The notes beneath the pieces are model-generated. The model did not search any database and had not been told where the DNA came from. It saw nothing but the letters and a program-made list of their open reading frames with translations. A DNA stretch of 63,628 nt, filler included, from Sanchytrium tribonematis (Eukaryota): the NCBI GenBank assembly GCA_018985235.1. It is 10 parts of 10 records of this genome, joined end to end, with 100 filler letters (N's around TTAATTAATTAA, not from the genome) between each part and the next. Parts side by side here need not be neighbours in the genome. Positions count along the whole stretch, not along the records: positions 1 to 24,441 come from JADGIG010000072.1; 9 more parts are not named here. The stretch is one strand, 5' to 3'. Made by a program: the position numbers and the translations under genes. Below, in pieces: positions 10,944 through 19,147 of the stretch; the stretch's first letter is position 1, and each line of letters begins with the position of its first letter.

Positions 10944-11450
10944 GTTTTACATCTCCCGCTTACAATTTTGAATTAGACAGCATATGGAACACATTCAGTA
11001 TTTGAGTTATTATTTATCGATATGTTTCGAAAAATAAATACAGGTACTAGCTCATTGGAGATTCAAGTTAAGAATACAAGCCAGATAGTAAAGAAGACTT
11101 TACATTCTTGATGAACACTTTTTCGTAGATATTGATCCTAACAGTAACTTTCATGTAGTGATCACTTTGCAGGTGCGAGTCAGTAAATTATTTTATTTAA
11201 TTAATACAAGTTGTGGATTTGTACAAGGGTACATGTTGAGTACTTTGTAGGGGTGTATGTAAGAGAATTTATCTAAACACGTAAATTTTTGCATTTCGCA
11301 ACAGGCTACTCTCTAACAATGAATTTTATTCTTTGTCAGGATTCTGCTGTGTCCTCCTTGCCATTATTTGAAAATTATCTATATTTTTGATTGGAATGAA
11401 ATCAAAATTTGGAATTCATATTTTTAGAACTAAATACCAAAAAATTAATT

Positions 11451-12248
11451 TTATAGTTTAGAAACAGACAACACATGCTTCATCAAAATATTGGAGATGC
11501 TTCCTGAAGGAGGCACTTTAAAGTCATTATTTTCATTCTTTAACGCCGACGACAATTCCGTGCGTGAAACCCACCGAATATCTTCAAGCTCTCCATCTGT
11601 GCCATGATTTGTCAAATCTGAGCAAATAGCCGTGAAACCAAGCATTAGTTGAGATGGAAATGGCCAAGCCTGCGATTTAAAGTACTTGATATCATGAACA
11701 ACAAGGCCAGTCTCCTCCATGCACTCTCTCTTTACTGCCTCTTCTGCCGATTCAGCAATATCAATAAACCCACTAATCAAAGAATAAAAACCTTTAGGAT
11801 GTCTTGCTTGCCTTCCCAGTAAAATTTTGTCCTCGCTTCTGATTACAACGATGACAACTGGATCAACTCGTGGATGACTTATATTGATGGTTTTTTTAAA
11901 GGTTATACAATTTAAATTCGTACACTTTTTTTTGAAGCCATCCGGTAAAACCTTTGAACCACAGCAACCACAAAATTTGACCAGGTCATGAAAGTTCATC
12001 ACGGATTTGCCAAGAATAGCCAGATGGAGTTCTAGGCTATCTTTTAAATTCATAAAATCGCGGTCTCTTGTTGGTTCCGAAGTTGTTTTGCAATAGTACG
12101 CGACACTACCATCATGTCCAAGATAAATCGAATTCTGATCGGGTTCCACATAAACTAGCTGGCTTTCTTTTATAACAGCACTAGAATTAATCAAAATACA
12201 TTTCTTCACCAAGTTGGCCGATTGATCAAAGGGGATCCTACGTAACAT
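11451..12248 (-). CDS. NPY1: NADH pyrophosphatase (Nudix, NudC/NPY1 family)
   Basis: Zn ribbon FCGCCG, PRVDPVVI, Nudix box GFIDIAESAEEAVKRECMEETG, SQAWPFPSQLM; ends in SKL (PTS1). Confidence 0.93.
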   Translation of the reverse strand: MLRRIPFDQSANLVKKCILINSSAVIKESQLVYVEPDQNSIYLGHDGSVAYYCKTTSEPTRDRDFMNLKDSLELHLAILGKSVMNFHDLVKFCGCCGSKVLPDGFKKKCTNLNCITFKKTINISHPRVDPVVIVVIRSEDKILLGRQARHPKGFYSLISGFIDIAESAEEAVKRECMEETGLVVHDIKYFKSQAWPFPSQLMLGFTAICSDLTNHGTDGELEDIRWVSRTELSSALKNENNDFKVPPSGSISNILMKHVLSVSKL

Positions 12249-12368
12249 AAATTTTTTTGTACTCGCCGGTTGAAGTCTATGTTTTTAAATTAAGAAGAAT
12301 CGATATATCCCAGTCGATTATAATATTATTGTTCAAACATTTAAAATTGGGATTTTATTTGATATCAC

Positions 12369-12996
12369 TCAAACTAGATTTGCCTCACTACCAGTGTTGC
12401 CCAAATCTGTCGGAGATTTGTCATTTCTTCCCAAAGTTTCACTCTCCAGCATTTGGCTTTCATTATTAACGTTGACAGAAAACTTTTCTTCTGTGGGATC
12501 ATGAGAGCTACAATGGGGGCAAACTAAGGCTGACTTTTTGATTTCCTCGAGACAATATATGCAGCTACTAGCTTCTTCCTTTTTTTGCTTCAGTATGGCT
12601 TGAAGTAGGATCTAGGTCAATGAAAATTACTTTGGTAACGAGAAAGCAGAATAATGTCACTATTATAAAACTAATAATGGCAGATATCACAGCTCCATAA
12701 TTCATTGTTACAATTCCACTGGCATTTGCAGCAGCCGGATTTGGATAGGTTTGCCCATTGTATCCTTTTAAAGGCGCGTACAAATTCTCCAAGTTATTTG
12801 CACCTAGTAGGCCAATGATAGGATTTACGATATTGTTGACTATGGAAGTAACAATTGAATTAAATGCAGTGCCAATCACCACACCAATTGCCAACTCAAT
12901 CACATTTCCTCTCATTGCAAAGGCCTTAAACTCCTTGCCTAGATTCTTGGGCCCTCTCATGATTCTATTTCCTACTCTTTTAAACCTCCCAGGCAT
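12369..12996 (-). CDS. mscL: MscL-family mechanosensitive channel, copy 1, 2 exons (12996-12631, 12611-12369)
   Basis: [32 protein letters not shown] and [14 protein letters not shown]. Intron removal yields a CIYC...CPHC tail like the neighbouring paralog. Confidence 0.9.
12612..12630 (-). other. 19-nt intron GTAATTTTCATTGACCTAG (phase 0)
   Basis: Excision joins LVTK^ILLQAIL and brings the Cys-motif tail into frame. Confidence 0.85.
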
Positions 12997-13079
12997 AAAA
13001 TTTTCGAGGTTCAACGTTTAAATAATTATTTAGATATTAGGCCGGAAGATAATTGGCAGAAATTAGATTAATAATATTT

Positions 13080-13712
13080 TTATTTTGACTTAGATTGAGG
13101 GTCCAACAAGAGTGCCGTAGCCTGTGTGATTCCATTGACTTCATCATTGGTATCTTTCTTTAGAAAATCTTTTATTTGAGCATCGTCGAGGTCTTGAAAC
13201 GGATTTTTCGAAAGACAATGACAACAAATTAGCGCGTCAGATTTGATATTTTCGCAGCAAAACGAGCACTCGTCTTTCTCGTCGTCTTTATAATGTTTTT
13301 GTAAGTAGTGTAATAATGTATTAGCTAAAAGGTAACAAAAGAGAGAAACTAATATAAATGTAATTACAGAAGAGCAAACCGCTCCTAGATTCAACGTTAT
13401 TAAGCCATTTTTTTGTGCTTCAAGTACTGTTGTATATGTAGTCCCATTATATCCTTTTAAAGGAACATATGAATTTTCTAAATTACTCGTTCCCATCAAA
13501 CCAATAATTGGAGATAAGATATTGGAAACTATAGAATTGATAATGGTATTAAAGGCTGTGCCCATACATAGGGCAATGGAAAGCTGAACAATATTTCCCT
13601 TATTAATAAATTTTAAAAAATTTTGAGCTGCTGTTCTTGGTGCTTCAATTCCTCTTCGGATACCTCTTCTTGCAATGCTCGTGAATCTGACGTCCGGAAT
13701 GGAAATAGTCAT
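13080..13712 (-). CDS. mscL: MscL-family channel, copy 2 (no intron detected)
   Basis: FLKFINKGNIVQLSIALCMGTAF; shares the NLEN.Y.PLKGYNG loop with copy 1; CSFC...CCHC tail. Confidence 0.88.
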   Translation of the reverse strand: MTISIPDVRFTSIARRGIRRGIEAPRTAAQNFLKFINKGNIVQLSIALCMGTAFNTIINSIVSNILSPIIGLMGTSNLENSYVPLKGYNGTTYTTVLEAQKNGLITLNLGAVCSSVITFILVSLFCYLLANTLLHYLQKHYKDDEKDECSFCCENIKSDALICCHCLSKNPFQDLDDAQIKDFLKKDTNDEVNGITQATALLLDPQSKSK

Positions 13713-13780
13713 TTTGTAATTTAAGATGTGAATTGGATGGATGTTGACCTACATATTTTTATAAAATTTTTGTAACTCAA

Positions 13781-14038
13781 ATGGACAAAATTTTAATTTC
13801 AAAGTTTAACTCAATCCAGTGCTCGGTCATTTCATCGTTCGGAATTGTTTTTCTTGTTATCTTAGGAAGTTTATTTCAAAACCAAGCATATACTCTCGTT
13901 AAATCAAAACATCCGATAGAAGATCCTGTTGGAACCGGTACAAGTTGTCTGATAGCAGCTGGTTTATTTGCGTTGTTACTGGCATTTTCAATACAACAGC
14001 TTCATGCGCATAAACGAAATAGCTTGCGACTTCAATAA
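13781..14038 (+). CDS. V-ATPase subunit f / RNASEK-like two-TM protein
   Basis: 85 aa, CSVISSFGIVFL...LF...EDP...CLIAAGLF pattern of the RNASEK / yeast YPR170W-B family. Confidence 0.75.
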   Translation: MDKILISKFNSIQCSVISSFGIVFLVILGSLFQNQAYTLVKSKHPIEDPVGTGTSCLIAAGLFALLLAFSIQQLHAHKRNSLRLQ

Positions 14039-14068
14039 ATAAAATCATTTAATTGTAGGAGTACCAGG

Positions 14069-14503
14069 ATGCTACGACTCTCAAAAAGATTACTACAAAA
14101 TGCGCTTACAAGCAACAATCCAAAAATACCGCAGCTTGTATCTGAAATAAGTTCACTTTCTTTAATTGATACTGCAGTGCTTGTACAAGAATTAAGAATC
14201 AAATTGAATATAAAAGATATGCCAATTATACAATCAGCACCACAAGCAGCTCCTAAAGAAGAAGCGAAGGAAGAGAAAAAAGCTGTAAAGTCGGCCTTTC
14301 AAATTGTAATTTCTAAAGTTGATGGTGATAAGAAGGCCAAAATCATTCGTGAATTAAAACAAATGATGGGATGGACCTTGGTAGATGCCAAAAAATTTGT
14401 TGAAAGTGTTCCTGGAACAGTTAAGAAAGATGTTGTGAAAGAAGAAGCAGAAGAAATTAAGAAAAAGCTTGAAGGTGTCGGAGCTACAGTCAAACTAGAA
14501 TAA
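14069..14503 (+). CDS. MRPL12: Mitochondrial ribosomal protein L12 (bL12m)
   Basis: Presequence-like N-terminus; LVDAKKFVESVP...KEEAEEIKKKLEGVGATVKLE. Confidence 0.93.
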   Translation: MLRLSKRLLQNALTSNNPKIPQLVSEISSLSLIDTAVLVQELRIKLNIKDMPIIQSAPQAAPKEEAKEEKKAVKSAFQIVISKVDGDKKAKIIRELKQMMGWTLVDAKKFVESVPGTVKKDVVKEEAEEIKKKLEGVGATVKLE

Positions 14504-14519
14504 TAAATATCTTGTTTAA

Positions 14520-15417
14520 TTATAGCTTTTCTGTCAGCTCTGGAACAGCTTTGAATAGATCTGCGACAAGACCATAGTCAGCCAACTCCATCATGGGACA
14601 TTCTGCATCCTTGTTAATAGCGACAATGACCTTAGCATCTTTCATTCCAGCCACATGCTGAATAGCGCCACTGATTCCAACTGCAATATATAGCTCAGGA
14701 GCTACAACAACACCAGTTTGGCCGACTTGATAGGCGTTATCAACATAGCCAGCATCCACAGCTGCTCTTGAGGCTCCTATGGCTGCGCCAAGTTTATCTG
14801 CTAGAGGAGTAATAACACTAAGTGAGAGACAAATACGTTTTGAAATTTTCCGCGGACTTGAGAGCGCGCCCTCCAGAGACCACAACTTTTGCCCCACCCA
14901 GTTCTGGTCGATCTCCTCCACTGGTTTGGACATTAGTAGTCTTGACACGAGGTTCAGATAATTTGATTTCTTCTATTTCACCACTCGATTCTTTCAACGA
15001 TTCTCCTGTAAATGCCGTTGGTCTAATGCTAAAAAGAATTTGATCTTCATTAGTTTTCACCTGAGATACAACATTTCCTGCAAACATGAGGCGCGTGAAG
15101 TCCTTAGATCCCTCAATTTTAGTTATGTCACTTATCATGGATTTACCCAAAATAGCTGCTAATCGAGGAAGTACGCTTCTTCCTTTGGAATCGTGGGCCA
15201 TAATGATGTGTGTGTATTTTTTAAAATCGATTTTAATACCATGTAAGTCTTCTGGCTTTAAGTCGCGGTTTAGTAAAAAATGTTTTTTTGTAGTGTCGGG
15301 AGCTAATTTTTTGTGAGACAAGACGCTAATGTCTTTTCCGATTTTCTTCGCTGCAGCAGCTGATTGAGGAGTTGGATTAATTAACAAAATTTGTCTGAGA
15401 ATGACATTGTTAAACAT
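14520..15417 (-). CDS. ETFA: Electron transfer flavoprotein alpha subunit, 2 exons (15417-14837, 14817-14520)
   Basis: Two ORF-track halves ([15 protein letters not shown] and [19 protein letters not shown]...QVGQTG) are joined in frame by a 19-nt intron. Confidence 0.95.
14818..14836 (-). other. 19-nt intron GTATTTGTCTCTCACTTAG (phase 2)
   Basis: Excision gives ENFKT^[10 protein letters not shown]. Confidence 0.9.
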
Positions 15418-15449
15418 TGGTTTGAAAAAATAAATTTATGCACAATAAA

Positions 15450-16013
15450 TCAACTGGCTTTATTGAAATTTTGGATACGCGCCAAGCGATTAAGAGCCGA
15501 CCTATTTTTTATCGCCTCTTCATGAAGAGTGTCTTTTTTCTGAATAGCGTTACTTTTACCACTAGCTGCATCCATAATTTCAATTCCAAGTTTGTGACTG
15601 TATGATATTTTGTCTTTTCTTTTAGACGCTTCCTTAATGATCCAGAGTAAAGAAAGTCGTTTGCCCTGTTTTTCGCTTAAAGGCCTAGGCTGAATTTCGA
15701 TCTTATTCTTCATTTTTCGTCGCTTTAAACCTACGATTGGCTGGGCATTCCCTACTGCCTTTTCTAGGGTTTTCAAAGCATGTGATGTCGACGATGGCAC
15801 AGCCTGTCCTGATTTATTGGTTTCTTCTTGGACAATAAAATCAAGTGCCGATAATACTTGATTCAGCGCCTTTTGCTTTTTACCGTCTTTCATTAGCAAC
15901 GATGTAAATTGTGAAATTAATGGGTTTAGTTGATAAGAGGATTTGAGGCTATTCAAGAGGGAGCTTCTCATCTTAATAGGTGCATTTAAAATTGGCTCTC
16001 TCAAAGCTTGCAT
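15450..16013 (-). CDS. MRPS7: Mitochondrial ribosomal protein S7 (uS7m)
   Basis: LMKDGKKQKA, PRPLSEKQGKRLSLLWI, KKDTLHEEAIKNR. Confidence 0.85.
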   Translation of the reverse strand: MQALREPILNAPIKMRSSLLNSLKSSYQLNPLISQFTSLLMKDGKKQKALNQVLSALDFIVQEETNKSGQAVPSSTSHALKTLEKAVGNAQPIVGLKRRKMKNKIEIQPRPLSEKQGKRLSLLWIIKEASKRKDKISYSHKLGIEIMDAASGKSNAIQKKDTLHEEAIKNRSALNRLARIQNFNKAS

Positions 16014-16215
16014 TTCGGAATCCCCTTTTCCAAGTTTTTTTACCAGTTTATATTTTCAATTGCAGTATAAGGAGCATTTTAATTTTGATTTACTAATAAA
16101 AAATCCGCTGTCCGGCAGATTACGATTATACTTGAAGGCGGGCAATACAGTGTCTTACTACCTTACATGTCATTAATTGGTTAGCAATGTAATATATTTA
16201 TTGAATAGATATAAG

Positions 16216-16732
16216 CTAATCGAGACCCAAAGTTCTTTTAACTAGTTGTCTAACCTACATAAATCTAGAATACCTGTCTCTCGTATTCTTTGGGACTTTC
16301 TCGCAGCAATTTGCTAGCGTCAATATTAGCAGCTGATTCAGGATTAGGCTCGTGTAGCATACTTACAACACTAAGTAATATTTTTTCAACGCTTTGAACA
16401 GGAGACCATCTCTCCGAGCTATCTTCATAACCATATTGATCCTCGCCTGGAGCGTGTAGAATTGAAATACAAACCTCTCCATTTTGATATACATTTGGAT
16501 GCAGCATCTCGCAAGTAAATCGCATCTTAGGTGGTTGCAAAGGATAGTTGGGTGGAAATGTGAGTTTTGCAGTAAAAACACCACCTTCGTATGGACATCC
16601 GTCTGGTCCCATTATGATAGCATCCCATTCCAAGTAGTTTGATTCTTCAGAGGGACCGGCTGTAATTCCGTCTGGAGCATCTTTGCATAGCTGCTTGTAT
16701 TCGTTCATTAAGCGCTTGACTGCAGAGGACAT
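16216..16732 (-). CDS. UBC7: Ubiquitin-conjugating enzyme Ubc7/UBE2G2, 2 exons (16732-16274, 16254-16216), 165 aa
   Basis: [16 protein letters not shown], acidic loop, [16 protein letters not shown]. The intron restores the last helix EYERQ^[12 protein letters not shown]. Confidence 0.95.
16255..16273 (-). other. 19-nt intron GTATTCTAGATTTATGTAG (phase 0)
   Basis: Contains the in-frame TAG that truncates the ORF; excision completes the Ubc7 C-terminus. Confidence 0.85.
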
Positions 16733-16887
16733 ATTTGTAATGATGACACAAGGAGATTTGATCATCTGCTTTATTGAGTCCAAATATAAACTCAATGCTG
16801 GCCAATAGCAGTGTCTAACTGCTTATTATTATTATTGCGATTGATTTTACATTATATTTCAAGCCCTGCCATTGTAAGCCACTTTAA

Positions 16888-18096
16888 ATGTTGGAAATTT
16901 TGTATACAATTTTGGTTGTTCTTGGGACCCATCTTCCCGGAATTATTATCTGGGTGACTAAACAGAAACAAAATCACTACACCACAAGATTTATTGGTTT
17001 AACTTTCACATTATACGCGTTTTTAATGCTAGTGTTTGTCGGTTGTCTTTTTACAAACACTGCTTTCACGAGTTCCGACATTCAAATTCCCTGTGGAGTA
17101 ATTTGGTTTTTACTTTATTGCTGTATACCTGCTTTTATACTTCTCACTTACAGAACAATTTTGTTTGTTGAAATGTACCGAGCTCATAATCTGGTTATTT
17201 TGAGCGATTTTTTGGACAAATTCTTTCGCAAATCACCAGAAAGTGAATTGAATGAGTACGAAAAGACACTGAGTCGAAAGGTGGTTCCAAAAGTAGGTAC
17301 GAAGCAGTATTTGATAGTATTAAGTTTATCAATTGTCACTCTACTAGTTATGTTTGGGATTGGTATATTTATCTCGGGACCATCAGAAATGGCCAGATTT
17401 CCTAATCAATCTTCTATTTGTGATTATCAAATGGCAATAGTCTTACTCGCATTCATTGTATTTTGCCTCTCAATACAAATTTATTGTATGTGGTTATTGA
17501 GAAATTGCAAGGATGGTCTTGGTATTAGTATTGAGCTGATGGTCATGCTTGTAATTGCTCTCCCTTCGTACCTAATTTTTGTTGTTGTTGTTTTTCTCAG
17601 CAGTAATGATGTCGCTGGGATCATAGCTCCTTATGTGGGTTTGGTGCCTACTTACTTTCTAATGACGTCAATTCTGTATTTTCCAGAGATTTTTATGTGG
17701 ATCACCACATTAAGGATTAAAGAGCAGTCCAAATTCGCTTATCCTTATTTTGAACAAGCATTTAGTAAACCGGATGCACGAAAACAGATGGAAGAAATCG
17801 CGAAAAAGAGACTTTGCAGCGAACTCACAAATTTTATGAAAGTATTTGATGAAATGGAAAAAATATATCTTTTAAATGGTGTGTGCTCACCATACCGAGA
17901 TTTGGGTCAAATTATTATTGCAAAATATTTGGCAGACACCAGTGAGGAGCAAGTGTGCTTGAATGAGGATGTAGTTGTCAGGATTATGGACGTTCCAAGA
18001 GAAGAGGCAATTCCTTTTGAGTATTGGCTAATTGCGAAAAAAGATGTTTTATATATGATTTATGAAAATATTTACAAATACTATGTCGAAACGTAG
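16888..18096 (+). CDS. Seven-TM protein fused to a C-terminal RGS domain
   Basis: About 7 hydrophobic segments, then RGS-like CSELTNF...IIAKYL...QVCL...AKKDVLYMIYENIYKYY. Confidence 0.75.
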   Translation: MLEILYTILVVLGTHLPGIIIWVTKQKQNHYTTRFIGLTFTLYAFLMLVFVGCLFTNTAFTSSDIQIPCGVIWFLLYCCIPAFILLTYRTILFVEMYRAHNLVILSDFLDKFFRKSPESELNEYEKTLSRKVVPKVGTKQYLIVLSLSIVTLLVMFGIGIFISGPSEMARFPNQSSICDYQMAIVLLAFIVFCLSIQIYCMWLLRNCKDGLGISIELMVMLVIALPSYLIFVVVVFLSSNDVAGIIAPYVGLVPTYFLMTSILYFPEIFMWITTLRIKEQSKFAYPYFEQAFSKPDARKQMEEIAKKRLCSELTNFMKVFDEMEKIYLLNGVCSPYRDLGQIIIAKYLADTSEEQVCLNEDVVVRIMDVPREEAIPFEYWLIAKKDVLYMIYENIYKYYVET

Positions 18097-18097
18097 T

Positions 18098-19126
18098 TTA
18101 TTCGAAATCATCGTCGATCATCATCTTGCGAGACTTTTTCACGTGAACCATACATTTAGCCACGTAAGCTTCCAAATGCATAATCGGCTTAGAACCTTTT
18201 TGACATCTTAAATCAAATGTTGAGGCTTCTATCCATATTTGTTTTCGAAACTGGTCATTCAATTTAGCACAAAGTTGCTCGGTTATTTCAAGCAGTACAA
18301 TATCAGTGGGAATGCACTTAGTGATGAGCTCATACAACATTGCCCTTATTTTAAGAAGTTGTGATGCACTCTGCTCTGTCATTATCAATTGAACAATTTT
18401 GGAAATATACTTGATGTAATCAGGACCCACACTGTCTACTTCCTTAATATTACCATTATATTTCACTGAAGCAGTTTCCAATTCAAGTAGAACGCTTTTT
18501 AAATTTCTGTTATTTCTTGTTATTAAATCAGTTAAAATTTCATCACTAACTTTAATGTTGTGCTCCATGCAAAATTTGCCACATATTTCTTTGATGACTT
18601 TCTCAGAAGGTGCAGAAATTCGGAAACTTGCACATCTACTGACCAAAGGTGATATAATTTTTCCGATATTTTCCACTATAAATATAAATCTCAAATTTCC
18701 GCTATAGACTTCCATTGTACGTCTTAAAGCATGTTGCGCTTGTTGAGAAAGTAAGTCGGCGTCTAAAATAACAATAACTTTTGGGTGCTCTGTGATGGAC
18801 TTTGTCGATGCCATTTCTTTTACAATATATTGCATGACGAATCTATCGCTATTACCAAGCTCGCTGGGGTGAAGTTCAGTGTGTACATTGGATGAAAGCA
18901 AGTTGACTTCTAAATTTCTTGAGCCTGCCTTAATGACTTTTTGTTCTAATTTTACATGATTGACATGGTCACCAAGCCATTTTCCAAGTAAGGCCCTTAC
19001 TCTTGTATAACGCCCTGATCCCTTCGGCCCATAGAAAATAAAATTGTTGATTTCTTCCAAATCCTTAAGTCTTTCTGTACCGTAGTCCAATTGATCAAGT
19101 GAGTAAGAATTGTCGGCAAACAACAT
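18098..19126 (-). CDS. RFC5: Replication factor C subunit (yeast Rfc5 / human RFC3)
   Basis: FYGPKGSGRYTR, AQHALRRTMEVY, SRC, GSKPIMHLEAYVAK. Confidence 0.93.
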   Translation of the reverse strand: MLFADNSYSLDQLDYGTERLKDLEEINNFIFYGPKGSGRYTRVRALLGKWLGDHVNHVKLEQKVIKAGSRNLEVNLLSSNVHTELHPSELGNSDRFVMQYIVKEMASTKSITEHPKVIVILDADLLSQQAQHALRRTMEVYSGNLRFIFIVENIGKIISPLVSRCASFRISAPSEKVIKEICGKFCMEHNIKVSDEILTDLITRNNRNLKSVLLELETASVKYNGNIKEVDSVGPDYIKYISKIVQLIMTEQSASQLLKIRAMLYELITKCIPTDIVLLEITEQLCAKLNDQFRKQIWIEASTFDLRCQKGSKPIMHLEAYVAKCMVHVKKSRKMMIDDDFE

Positions 19127-19147
19127 TCAAGGAGAAATATTTTATTT

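Noticed and set aside
12369..13712. Bacterial contamination as the source of the mscL genes
   Set aside because: They are on the same contig as eukaryotic genes, and copy 1 has the host-type intron.
14818..14836. Programmed ribosomal frameshifting or sequencing errors as the cause of split genes
   Set aside because: Each break carries extra non-homologous sequence bounded by GTA/TAG with a shared branch motif. A 1-nt slip would leave 6-7 spurious residues or a stop inside conserved motifs.
16014..16215. snRNA or tRNA in the spacer between MRPS7 and UBC7
   Set aside because: No recognisable U1, U2, U5 or U6 motifs or cloverleaf by eye. A covariance search would be needed.
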